Shown: positions 52,031 to 62,488 of the stretch, piece by piece
How positions within the stretch are numbered: position 1 is the stretch's first letter
Layout of the letters: each line of letters starts with the position of its first letter
Origin: an uncultured delta proteobacterium
GTDB lineage: Bacteria; Desulfobacterota; RBG-13-43-22
Direction: 5' to 3'
Assembly: GCA_963790475.1 (NCBI GenBank)
Contig: CAWBOS010000012.1
Location: 512,001-576,000, forward strand
Length of the DNA: 64,000 nucleotides
Position numbers and translations under genes: made by a program
The notes under the pieces: generated by a model
The model's input: the letters and a program-made list of their open reading frames with translations, nothing else
What the model was told of the DNA's origin: nothing
Database searches by the model: none

Positions 52031-53668
52031 CTATGAGGCGGGGTTCGCTACTGGACCTATTTTTCCTGTCAGGCATGCAGAACCGTGGGATACTTTAGAG
52101 TTCCATACCACCTCAAACAGGATTATTTCCCCCGTCATAGGGTGGTTCCAACGCCCAAGCTCCTTTAAGTTGAGATGAAGCTGAACTTGAGAAAAATCAA
52201 TTTTATCAGCAGGCCACTGCCTCTCCGTCCATACAAAGTATTTAATTCGATTTTCTATCAAATGACGCATAAACTGATCATAATTCTCTTCATTAAACTC
52301 CCAGCAATTTTCTTTAACCGGCAGAGGACAAAAATCACCTTTATAGGACAAGTTAGCATAAAATGAGATCCACTGATGTATATTTACAGGGGTTGAAATA
52401 TAGGCTGCGCCAAGGCCGGATTTATGTTTAGCAATAGATTCACCGATCTCTTTAAAGATTATCTTGTCGAAATCCCTTGGATGTAAGTTTTTAGGTAAAG
52501 TTGATATGATAATTAATAATGCCAGAACAGAGAATGCCACGATCCTTCTTATTTCAAACCTCCTGACTAAATAAAGGAGTATAAATTCTATTCCATATCC
52601 CATAATTAATAAGGAAGGTATGATCAGGATGTACATATGACGATATTCTATCCACCACGTGCTGAGTGTCTGAATATATAGTATTAATATAGAACATAGT
52701 GATAAAACCACAAAATAACGAACTTGGATGTTGTGCTTTATGTGGTGCCATAATCCAGTAAAGCCTAGGGCATATACAAAGGCAAACAAATACAATAGGG
52801 TCTCAAGGAACCGGTTCAACAGCGTTCCTACAGCAACAAGCCAGGCATTGGTCCTGGCCGCCGAAATAAAAAATCCCAACATTTGCTGTCTATGTGAAAA
52901 TGCTTCAGTCTTAAGGGTATCGCGGAGCTGCTTATACTGAACATAAAAAAATACAAGTCTATCAATAAGTTCTTTAAAACGCAGATGTGCCGTTATGGTC
53001 CTATTGCCGGTGATAAAAATGTATAAAACGACTAGAATCATGACAAAAATAACAGGCATAGCAAAATAGATAAATTTTTTGACGCGCTCCTTCTGTTTAA
53101 CAAAAAGGAGGTACAGAAGGGAAACAACAATGAAGAGGAAAACTTCCATCCGGGCCCAGGTAGCCATCAAAAACGACAAACTACTGAAGAGCATCTGATA
53201 GGAAATGTTTTTTTCGGATGCTCTTACATAAAAGTAAAATCCCAGTATCAAAAAGAACCAGCATACAGGTTCGCGGATTATATCGACACTTGAACCTACG
53301 AAGAGCGGAAGCATTCCAAATATCAACGTGCAGAGCGCACTTATTTGGGAATCAAAGAAACGCTTCAGCAGGAAATAAAGTGGAATCAGTGTGGCGGTCC
53401 CGAAAAGGAGCGATACCAGTTTTGCTGCGAAAATCCAATCCTGAACTATCCCGTATATACCGGCAATCATAACAGGGTAATTTGCGACAAAGGAATAACC
53501 ACAGAACAAGGCCTCTTTTTGCCCATAATAGATGGCTTTTGCCTGGTGTATGTAGAGGGTTCCGTCCGGATTGACAACATAGGTGTTAGCCCAGGCTATC
53601 AACCGTATAGCGAGACCGAGTAGAACAATAAAGTAGAGGTAGTGTGAATTGGACTTGGACATCGTCAT
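52031..53668 (-). CDS. ArnT/PMT-like (GT39/GT83) membrane glycosyltransferase, AT-rich
   Basis: LAIRL...NPDG..Y, YP, SLLFG and RE motifs; more than 10 TM helices. Confidence 0.75.
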   Translation of the reverse strand: MTMSKSNSHYLYFIVLLGLAIRLIAWANTYVVNPDGTLYIHQAKAIYYGQKEALFCGYSFVANYPVMIAGIYGIVQDWIFAAKLVSLLFGTATLIPLYFLLKRFFDSQISALCTLIFGMLPLFVGSSVDIIREPVCWFFLILGFYFYVRASEKNISYQMLFSSLSFLMATWARMEVFLFIVVSLLYLLFVKQKERVKKFIYFAMPVIFVMILVVLYIFITGNRTITAHLRFKELIDRLVFFYVQYKQLRDTLKTEAFSHRQQMLGFFISAARTNAWLVAVGTLLNRFLETLLYLFAFVYALGFTGLWHHIKHNIQVRYFVVLSLCSILILYIQTLSTWWIEYRHMYILIIPSLLIMGYGIEFILLYLVRRFEIRRIVAFSVLALLIIISTLPKNLHPRDFDKIIFKEIGESIAKHKSGLGAAYISTPVNIHQWISFYANLSYKGDFCPLPVKENCWEFNEENYDQFMRHLIENRIKYFVWTERQWPADKIDFSQVQLHLNLKELGRWNHPMTGEIILFEVVWNSKVSHGSACLTGKIGPVANPAS

Positions 53669-53695
53669 ATTAGAACCCCATCTAATCCTTGAAAC

Positions 53696-54634
53696 TCACT
53701 CGGAGGGCATCCCGGATCGAATAGCGGGGCATCCCCGAAGGTGCCACATTAAAATCTTCAGATACACAACCAACTTCTGTCTCAGTCTTGGCCTGCAAAA
53801 GGCCGAGAAAAGAACCCCGATACCAGTCAGGAGCGTATTCACCAGCAGCCTGAGAATAACCGCGACAACCATCAAAGGATAGCTTTTCGGGAACCACTTC
53901 TTGAGATACTGATAACGAGACCGATAAAAGAGCAATCTGCTCAGCGCTTCATGTCCTACGCTTTGGCCCTGGGCGTGATAAATCTGAGCCCCCGGGATAA
54001 AGAAAACCTTCCAGCCTGCTCCTCGCATTCGACGGGCCCAATCCGTTTCTTCGAAAAAGAAAAAGAAACGTTCGTCGAGAAGACCCACGGCGTCCATGGC
54101 TTTTTTTCGAACCATCATGCAGGCGCCAATGCAGGATTCCACCTCAATCGGTGATTCATATTGGCGAATTTTACTGGGGTAGGCCTTCGGGAAGAGTATC
54201 CTGAGCAACGTCTCGTTGGTGAGCAGCAACAAAGGCGATGGTAAATTGGCAATCGAATTCTGCCTGGTCCCATCGAGGTTTAGCAACTGGCCGCAGACTA
54301 TACCTGCTTCCGAAGTATTCTCCATAAATAGGAATAGCTCCTGCACAGCGCCTTCCGTCACCACAACATCCGTATTGATCAACAGGGCATATCGTCCCTT
54401 GATCTGTCTGAGTGCCCGGTTATTGGCGGCTGCGAATCCGAGATTACGGGAGTTCCGAATCACTTGGATCTCTGGGAACCGGTCTTCGGCCGCTGTTACA
54501 CTGCCATCTGTGGAAGCATTGTCCACCAGCCATATTTCAAAACGGAGGGCGCGGATGGTTTCGTATACCGAGGTCAGGCATTTCAGCAGGAGCTCTCTGG
54601 TATTCCAATTGACAATCACAACGGAAAGGTCCAT
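53696..54634 (-). CDS. GT2 family glycosyltransferase (WbbL-like)
   Basis: SVVIVNWN, VDNASTDGS, NLGFAAANN, LINTD, GACMM and DERFFFFFEETDW. Confidence 0.92.
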   Translation of the reverse strand: MDLSVVIVNWNTRELLLKCLTSVYETIRALRFEIWLVDNASTDGSVTAAEDRFPEIQVIRNSRNLGFAAANNRALRQIKGRYALLINTDVVVTEGAVQELFLFMENTSEAGIVCGQLLNLDGTRQNSIANLPSPLLLLTNETLLRILFPKAYPSKIRQYESPIEVESCIGACMMVRKKAMDAVGLLDERFFFFFEETDWARRMRGAGWKVFFIPGAQIYHAQGQSVGHEALSRLLFYRSRYQYLKKWFPKSYPLMVVAVILRLLVNTLLTGIGVLFSAFCRPRLRQKLVVYLKILMWHLRGCPAIRSGMPSE

Positions 54635-55132
54635 GCCACTCTCTGTAAATTGCAATTCTCTCTTTTTTGTCTTTTTTCTTGCCAAATTGTGAATGGGAAA
54701 AAGCTTCCTGTACCTTTTTGAATAAGTTGAGACTATGTGTTTTTCCCGCCTTGGCTTACCCCGGTATCCCTGTTACCTCATCCAGGATTCGAAAGATCTC
54801 CTGATCGTTCCGCTCAACGGTTATTCACATGACAGTCATACTTGAATTCTACTCCGGGAACCTCATTGGGGCCAGAAGGCCAGGATTAGATTAGAGGCCA
54901 AAGCGACCCCCAATTTTGCGGGTTCCTGCGAAAGTAAATGAGAAAGGACCTACACGAGAATTCGTTCGGTTAATATCCTCCTTTGAGTCGTTGTCAATTA
55001 ACAACAAAGTGCTTATCCTCAGGCGGCCGTCCGGTGTCTGTTTGGCAACAGAAACATTGATGATATGCCCGGGTCATTGGAAGATTGTCCGGAACAGGGA
55101 TACCGAAGAATATTCGAATCATCGGTCATCGG

Positions 55133-55380
55133 CTAATCCCACAAGCTCTTGATAAGAAGCTGCTTTTTCATGGGAAGAGTATAGAGAAAGGGAAAGATGG
55201 GGTCAAGAAGAAAAGTAGGGACAATGACAAGGGATGTAAGGCGTTTTCTATAGACAGTTGAGAATATACAAGATTGGAATTTGCAGATACAAGGCGAGAA
55301 CAGAAAAGGATGGCTAACTCTCCAATTTTTGACAGATTTTTCCTTTTGAATCCTTATCTTTTCTTGCCTCAAAGGGTTGA
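55133..55380 (-). repeat. Promoter-plus-gene-stub element, copy A
   Basis: TTGACC (55206)-17-TATACT-6nt-ATG (55171) MKKQLLIKSLWD*; homologous to 59740-60012. Confidence 0.75.
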
Positions 55381-55754
55381 TGGATCTCAGAAAATTCTGA
55401 AATCCTGATTAACGAAAGGAAGCTGAGAGCCGGAGTAATCCATCTGCAGTTCAAGGATGGTTTGGGTAAGGGATCTGTGAGGCGTTTGCCATAAACCCAA
55501 AATGTAAAAAAATAAGGAACCTACGACAGAGGGAAATATTTCTCAGGATTTTAAAGATACTGAAAATAAAATGCCTATGAGAGACGGGTTAAAGGACTTT
55601 TTGACAAAGCCATTACATTTTTAATTTGATAAAGGAATCAACCTGCATCACAGAAGAGGCATCGCCTGCTTGGCTGAGCTGAACCACTGCCTTGCCCTTG
55701 GGACAAGCAATCATTTATAAAGGTTCTTGACGAACAGCCTTTTTTACTCTTTTT

Positions 55755-56792
55755 TCAAAAAGATTGTTTAAGTCCCTTCTCGACCGCATGGAAAACGAGC
55801 TCCGGTGTAATCTCATACATGCACTTGCGATCCGCGCACTCTTTCTTAAAGCATGGGCTACAGGGCACGCCCGTCCGTACCACTATATGGCCCGGGCCAT
55901 AAGGACCAGTCCGGTCTGGAGCCGTAGGGCCGAACAAAGCCACCACTGGTGTTCCCATCGCCGCGGCCAGATGCATAGGCCCTGTATCCGTGGATATGAC
56001 CAGAGCACACCGTTTGAAAAGCGCAGCCAACTCAAGAAGATCCAAGCGACCGCAAAAGTTTACCGGCGAAGGAGACACTTGAGCGGTGATCTCTTCTACG
56101 GAAGCCAGATCCTGCTCACCTCCGGTAAAAACCACCCCTACCCCCAGTTCCTTTGCCAGACGATCGGCCAATTCGCTAAACGATTGAGACTTCCAAAGTT
56201 TGGTCGGCCAGAGAGCCATAGGGTGCACTGCCACCACTCTCCTGCCGTTCAATCCCACCTCCTTAAACAGTTGATCCACACGTTCCACATGGGTTGGGGT
56301 CACCGGCACCGGGAAATGGAGTTGCCCATCATAGTTCCCAAGGTATCGTACTAATTCCAAGTAACGGTCTACCGCGTGCAGAGTGAAGTCTTCCGGCCCT
56401 ATTTTTTCATTCAAAGGCAGATAAGCCAGTTCCTTGGTGGAACCGAATCCAACTTTTCGGGGACTTCGGGCTACAGCCACCCAAAAAGCGCTTTTAAAGA
56501 GATTCTGTAAATCCAGTATGAGATCATAACGTTCGGCCCTCACCATACCGAAAAAATCCCAGAATTCTCTCAGGGCTGAGATTTTCCCTTCTTTTAGGCC
56601 GCGTATCCAGCTTTTTCGGCGACAGATCAAGACCCGGTCCAGCAATGGATGATCCTGAAGCAACCCTGCTGCCGCTTCCTCAACCAGCCAGTGTATACTG
56701 CTATTGGGATACAACCTCTTAAGAGCCGAAAGTACAGGCAGCGAATGAACCACATCACCTATGGCACTCAATTTAATGATCAGTATGCGCAT
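55755..56792 (-). CDS. GT9 LPS heptosyltransferase (WaaC-like)
   Basis: ILIIKLSAIGDVVH, DLQ..KSA, DTGPMHLAAA and LFGPT. Confidence 0.88.
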   Translation of the reverse strand: MRILIIKLSAIGDVVHSLPVLSALKRLYPNSSIHWLVEEAAAGLLQDHPLLDRVLICRRKSWIRGLKEGKISALREFWDFFGMVRAERYDLILDLQNLFKSAFWVAVARSPRKVGFGSTKELAYLPLNEKIGPEDFTLHAVDRYLELVRYLGNYDGQLHFPVPVTPTHVERVDQLFKEVGLNGRRVVAVHPMALWPTKLWKSQSFSELADRLAKELGVGVVFTGGEQDLASVEEITAQVSPSPVNFCGRLDLLELAALFKRCALVISTDTGPMHLAAAMGTPVVALFGPTAPDRTGPYGPGHIVVRTGVPCSPCFKKECADRKCMYEITPELVFHAVEKGLKQSF

Positions 56793-56936
56793 TTCACTGG
56801 CCACATTTAAATCCTTCAAGTGATTCGGTTGGCTTCCACTTTATAAGACTGGCCGCCTTCGGCGAGGCGAGAAATTATTAGTAGGCGAGCTACAGGTTTT
56901 ATATAACCCACTTGTTGGTTATGCGTACCGTCTGGA

Positions 56937-57998
56937 TCAGGGAACACCGCTCTCTTCATGACCATAGGTCTCTAACATCTGGCAGGCGGCTTCAAATACC
57001 TCCTCAACGGTTATGCCTTCCATACACCTATGATCAATAGGGCAGCGAACCTTTAAACAGGGAGCGCAGGTTGTTTGGTGAAAGATCATAGTGGCCTTAG
57101 AATTCCGGGGGCCGGTGCTGATCTGGTCGGTCGGCCCGAAAATTGCCAGTTGGGGCTTAGAAAGGGCGGCCGCCATGTGCATGAGGCCGGAGTCGTTGCT
57201 GATGAACAGGGTGGCCTGCTTAATCCAGGCAGCGGCCTCCAGGAGGCTGGTTGCCCCGCACAAGTTCACTGCCGCATCCTTACTTACTGACTGAACGATA
57301 GCGTCACCGACAACCTTCTCTTTGACGCTCCCCAGAATGACCAAGCCTGCTCCAAAATGCCGGACGATCTCTGCCGCCAATAAACTATACCGTTTTCCGG
57401 GCCACATTTTGGCGGAACCATACGTGGCCCCTGGGGCGAGAACAATCAAAGGCTTACTCTGGTATCCCAATTCCTTAAGGCGCAAATTTATCTGTGCTGT
57501 ATATTCATCCGGCACGTGGAGAAACATATCCAGGTCAGGCGCTTCCAGACCTAGACCCTTCACCATGGCCAAATAATACCGGGTCTGATGCATTTTTTTA
57601 TATTCGGGACGCATGGCCACGGCATGGGTAAGTAACAGGCCACGCACATCGGTATCGTATCCGGCACGCCGAGAGATCCGTGCCCACCAGACCAGCAAAG
57701 CAGCCTCAAAGGCGTTTTGCAGCAGTATCGAAAGATCAAATTTTCGTTCCCTAAGTTCCTTTACAAGCGCTATCTTTCCCTGAATGCCCTTATGCCGTCC
57801 TTCGCGGAAATAGGGAATGACCTCGTCTATATGAGGGTTATGGGTAAAGATGTCCATGACCCAGGGCACTACCAGCATGGAAATGCGGGCTTCAGGGAAA
57901 TTGTGACGGATGGCTGCCACAGCAGGAGTGGTCATGAGTGCGTCGCCAACCCAGTTTGTGCCGCGAATCAGGATCGTCCTAATGCAGTTCGTATCCAT
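56937..57998 (-). CDS. waaF: LPS heptosyltransferase II
   Basis: NWVGDALMTTP, APGATYGSAKMWP and NDSGLMHMAAA. Confidence 0.9.
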   Translation of the reverse strand: MDTNCIRTILIRGTNWVGDALMTTPAVAAIRHNFPEARISMLVVPWVMDIFTHNPHIDEVIPYFREGRHKGIQGKIALVKELRERKFDLSILLQNAFEAALLVWWARISRRAGYDTDVRGLLLTHAVAMRPEYKKMHQTRYYLAMVKGLGLEAPDLDMFLHVPDEYTAQINLRLKELGYQSKPLIVLAPGATYGSAKMWPGKRYSLLAAEIVRHFGAGLVILGSVKEKVVGDAIVQSVSKDAAVNLCGATSLLEAAAWIKQATLFISNDSGLMHMAAALSKPQLAIFGPTDQISTGPRNSKATMIFHQTTCAPCLKVRCPIDHRCMEGITVEEVFEAACQMLETYGHEESGVP

Positions 57999-58225
57999 GG
58001 GTGCTTGAAGATTTTTGGTTACTGGTTTGGTTTTTGATTCCTGGTTATAAATGGTATAGTTCCCGTTTCCATCTCTGCTGGAACCACAGCCTTTGTTCAG
58101 GATAAGTCCGGACCATCTCTTCGGTCACCCAAACAAAGGTGAGTGGGTCGTCCTCGAGCAGACCAGAGTTGCCAGCGAACTGCGGGCCACCCTTCAATCG
58201 ATCGCCCATAGTCATCCAGACACCA

Positions 58226-59509
58226 TTAGTTCAGATACTTTTCCAGACAACGGAGATAATTTTGAAGAGCCCCACGGTTGGTTCGCCATACTTCGTAGGC
58301 TTTTTCACCAGTCCGTTCGGCAAGGGGGCGACTGTCCAGCAAGGATTTCCATGCCAGGTAGAGCTCATCTTGATTCGATACGATCATCCCTCCGCCCGCC
58401 TCCACAATCAGCTCGGCCATTTCTTGAAAGTCTTCCATATAAGGGCCAAATATTACCGGCTTCTTCTGCGCCGCAGGTTCCAAAAGATTGTGCCCCCCTT
58501 CCTGAACCATACTCCCGCCCACAAAGGCTAATTCTCCTACCGCATACAGACGACCCAGTTCTCCTATTCTGTCGGCTACGATAACCTGATCGGCTGGATC
58601 AACGGGATCCGAGAGCTTTCGGCACCTTAATCCCATTGCAACGGCTAAACTGTGGACCTTCTCAAACCGCTCCGGGTTTCGTGGCGCCGCTATCAGGGCT
58701 GCGTCAGGGAAATCCTGGAGCAACCGGGAATAAGCACCGAAAATGATCTCTTCCTCTCCTGTATGGGTACTGCCTGCCACCAGAACACGTTTGCTGGGGT
58801 TGCGCCATCCCAGTGAATAGAGTATCTTGTCCCGTTCCGGCTGTTCAACATAACGATGCTCCTGATCAAACTTAAGGTTTCCGCCCACAAATACCTTATC
58901 CTGCGGCGCCCCCATTTCCACCATTCTGTGCGCATACACGGGGGCCTGCATACCGATCGCCTGGAAGCAAAAAAGAACTCGCTTCATAAAAAAACGAAAG
59001 GGGCGATAACGCTTAAATGAGCCTAAGGACATTCGCCCGTTTACCAGAACCGCCGGGATGTTCTTTGTTTCAAGCGTCCTCAGAAAATTAGGCCATATAT
59101 CCGTCTCGATAAGCACAAAAAGACAGGGCCTGATTTCTCCCAGAGTTTTCCTCACAACGAAGAATAAATCCAGTGGAAAATAGAGCGTACAGGCTACCAT
59201 GCCCCCCAATTCCTTCAAGGCCATGCTCTGGCCCGTTTCTGTTGAGGTGCTGAAAATCAAAGGAATTTTTGGAAAACGCTCGGCCAGGGCCTTGACCAAA
59301 GATACCGCAGAAAGAGTCTCTCCCACCGATAAGGCGTGTATCCAGATGGGCCGTGAGTCTTCTTTCCCAGACCGGTAGTTTTTACCTGTCAGGCCCAACC
59401 GCTCTTTGAAAGAGCGACGATACTTTCCGCTCCATAGCATGCGTAACGCCAGAAGAGGAAGGACTAGGGAAAAAACCCCGACAAAGCAAATATTATAGAC
59501 AAGGTACAT
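58226..59509 (-). CDS. waaA: Kdo transferase
   Basis: WIHALSVGE, ETDIWPN, GNLKFD, AGSTH.GEE and FVGGS...GGHNLLEPA. Confidence 0.95.
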   Translation of the reverse strand: MYLVYNICFVGVFSLVLPLLALRMLWSGKYRRSFKERLGLTGKNYRSGKEDSRPIWIHALSVGETLSAVSLVKALAERFPKIPLIFSTSTETGQSMALKELGGMVACTLYFPLDLFFVVRKTLGEIRPCLFVLIETDIWPNFLRTLETKNIPAVLVNGRMSLGSFKRYRPFRFFMKRVLFCFQAIGMQAPVYAHRMVEMGAPQDKVFVGGNLKFDQEHRYVEQPERDKILYSLGWRNPSKRVLVAGSTHTGEEEIIFGAYSRLLQDFPDAALIAAPRNPERFEKVHSLAVAMGLRCRKLSDPVDPADQVIVADRIGELGRLYAVGELAFVGGSMVQEGGHNLLEPAAQKKPVIFGPYMEDFQEMAELIVEAGGGMIVSNQDELYLAWKSLLDSRPLAERTGEKAYEVWRTNRGALQNYLRCLEKYLN

Positions 59510-59739
59510 GTAATCTGCAGAAGTGTTTTATTTCTTTTTATGAAGACAGCAAAGGATGTTCATGCCGGAACAAAATAGGCTTACTGGTCCTGCTTGAACT
59601 GCCTCTGGCAATGTTTGTAATATTCACTCCGCTGCTAAAAGCTGGTCACACCTGACTTCCTTCACCTTTGTCCATCGGAAAATCAATAATTCGGGCAGCA
59701 TTTCGAACTGGGGGAGAGATGATGTGCAATCATTGACGC

Positions 59740-60012
59740 CTACAATAGCCCAGATTTCACCCGCTTTACTTTCCAGATTGATTTGGCGAAAAGCGGGTTT
59801 CTCATCGTAGTTAAATATTTGATATGAAGTTGTTCTTTCATGAAAAGAGTATAAGGTAAGGGAAAAACAGGGTCAAGAAGAAAAACAGAACCACCGGCAA
59901 AGGGTTAGAGCGTTTTCTATAGAAGATGAGACTATATATACAAAGAGAGCAGAATCCCCCTTTTTACAGATTTTTTCTTTTAAATCCTGATCTTCCCTTA
60001 CCACAGGGTTGG
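59740..60012 (-). repeat. Promoter-plus-gene-stub element, copy B (ABC-ATPase-like 5' relic)
   Basis: TTGACC (59876)-17-TATACT-6nt-ATG (59841) MKEQLHIK..., with shifted frame FNYDEKPAFRQINLESKAGEIWAIVGVN. Confidence 0.75.
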
Positions 60013-60072
60013 GTGATCCTAATAAACCCCGAGGCCCTATTTGCAGTTATGATGTGTATCCCTACGATAACA

Positions 60073-60983
60073 TCAAATTCCTCGAGCTTTATGATCTTTT
60101 TTGGAAAATAAATAATTTATTGTGTTTTTCCCTTGATAGCTTTTTAGAATAAAAAAAACAGAACAAAGGATGAAGAAGGTTAAAGGGACATCCGTTACCC
60201 CCAAATGGGAATCCCTCAAATGTAAATAGGCAAAGGCAAATAAAAAGGAAGAAGTAAGAGCTACTTTTTTATCAAAATAGATTTTTGCCAATTTATAGAT
60301 AACAAGGATTGACAGGGTGCCCAAAAAGGCTGAAAATGCCCAATCTAAAAGTAATATGTGGACAAATCTTGGTAGGCAATTCTGTAGTCCGGTATAGTTA
60401 CCTGTAGGCCTTTCATATTCTGGAAAAAAAGATATATTTTGAAAACAGCATAAAGAAGATACATATATAAGGTAGGATATCGAAAGAATTCTGGATTGAA
60501 ATCAACTTGGAAAAACTTAAGAGAAGTATTTACAATAACTTCTTCATCGGGACGGCTAAATGTCCCAGGCAGTCCAAAGGTTATTCCCCAGTATCGGACA
60601 ATCGCACCTAAAAACAATACTACCAACAACCGATAATCAAAATGGCGGATTTGTTTTTTCACGAAGCGGATTAACCCTGGTTTAAAGCTCCCGGAGGGAA
60701 GGATGGATTTTAGAGGATAATTTTTTAAACCTCGGTGTAGGAAATCCAAGACCCCAAGTGAAATACCTGCCAAAATCAACGAAAATGAGATCCGGATCGG
60801 GTCGGTTAGGGTAACAAAAGTAAATTTAAAACCCAAGAAAGTTGTCCTGATCGGAACTACCCCAAAAAACAAAATGATACTAACCCATAAATAACTGACC
60901 CCCAGAAAAAGAAGAACCAGGTATGCTTTATTCAACCGATTATGGGGTTTCATGCTCAAGGCTCCAAAGAAGTCGCCATTCAA
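60073..60983 (-). pseudogene. ArnT/PMT-like glycosyltransferase, frameshifted (about 60347) and 3'-truncated
   Basis: RYWGITFGLP...PDE, FFRYPTLYMY, then LGTLSIL...HLRDSH.GVTDVP; ends before the usual KY motif and C-terminal half. Confidence 0.75.
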
Positions 60984-61144
60984 TTCATTCGAGGACTTTT
61001 GGGCCCTCGGCAGTTAGAGATGGACCGGGTTTGGATTTCGGAAAAATCGCTCGATAACCAAGAGCCTTAGATATCCGGAGAATTCCCCTGGTCAGTCCTT
61101 TTCGGGAGGGTATGCCCCATTGGTTACCTCTCTGCAATGGAGGT

Positions 61145-61327
61145 TTACTCTTTACCGGTAACCAGCGGTTTGGCCTCTTCAATCAGCATGATCGGAATCT
61201 CATCCTTGATTTCATAGATCAGCCGGCACTTTTCACAGATCAGGCCGTCTTTGGCCTCGTTCAGATAGATATCCCCTTTGCACTTGGGACAAGCCAGGAT
61301 TTCCAAAAGTTCTTGACTGATAGCCAT
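61145..61327 (-). CDS. Trm112-like / YcaR (UPF0434) protein
   Basis: LLEILACPKCKG...LIC..C...Y.I...IPIML..EA. Confidence 0.92.
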   Translation of the reverse strand: MAISQELLEILACPKCKGDIYLNEAKDGLICEKCRLIYEIKDEIPIMLIEEAKPLVTGKE

Positions 61328-61499
61328 AGTCAATCCTCCTTCATAAACTCTTTTTGTTGATTAAAACCCAATTCTGTTCGCCAAAAATCAGGGCACGAAA
61401 AACCCAAATCGGAATCAGAGGAAAAACCGTGTCCCAATATCAACTACTAAAGATTAAAGCCGAATAATTGATAGGATAGAGACAGGTTTATCCTTCTCC

Positions 61500-62391
61500 T
61501 CAACTTTGTAGTCTCGGCCAAGGTTGATACGGCCGTGTCTTCCAGCGTTTATGGACCCAGAAATAATGGTCCGGGTACTGCCGGGCCATGGCCTCAATCA
61601 CCTGGTTATACTGGGCCGTATTCTCTTCAATTTCCTTGGTTCGATCCCCGAAAGACAACCAGGGCAGGGCCGGTTGGAATTCAACCAGATACCGTCCCCC
61701 CCCCTGATGGACGATGAAAGCCGGCACCACCGGGACCTGGGTTTTTCTAACCAGCAAGGCCAGGCCTTTATTGGTACAGGCCCTTTTATTGAAAAAAGGG
61801 CACAAAGACTCCGTCGTACCAATCGACATTTTGATCCATTAGAATCCCAATGTTGCCCCCTTGCCTTAAAACCTGAATCAACCGCCTCATAGATTTTTCT
61901 TTGGGGATACATTGATTGCCACTGACCCCCCTGAGGGTCTGGACCAATCTTTCGATCGGTTTGAATTTCATGGACGTGCTCACTAGATGGACGGGATAAA
62001 AAAAATAGCCAAAACTGATGGCCATAAGTTCCCAACAACCAAAGTGCCCGGTCAATAAAACCACGCCCTTGTTTTGGGCCTTGGCCTGCTCGACATGATG
62101 CATCCCTTTAAATTCAACATAGGCGGCCAGTTTTCTTTTATCAACCCGTATCAGATAACAGACCTCAAGAAAATGACGGCCCAGAAATTGAAAGCTTTTT
62201 TTGGCCAAGGACTTACGTTCTTCGACCCTCAGTTGATCTCCAAAGGCAATGGCCAGGTTATTGATTGCGACTTCTCTTCTTTCTTTTAATATTCGATATA
62301 GTACCCATCCCATAAAGTCCCCCAAACGGAGACCCAGGGACCGGGGGATCAAAGAGAGAAGGTAAACCAGACTATAAAGTATCAGGTACAT
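61500..62391 (-). CDS. Lipid A late acyltransferase (LpxL/HtrB family), +1 frameshift in a T6 run at 61792-61797
   Basis: HFGCWE, LMDQN...VFVPFF, then NKRACTNKG...PDHYFWVHKRWKT in the next frame. Confidence 0.88.
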
Positions 62392-62488
62392 AGGAACAAA
62401 ATCTCTCTTTTCTTTCTCACTTAGGCCCCCACTCCATTGGGAGACCTGATCAGAATCTTGTTCATCCCCCGAATGGATTTCTCGTGCC

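Noticed and set aside
56820-58225. JUMPstart/ops element in the LPS intergenic regions
   Set aside because: No GGCGGTAG core found.
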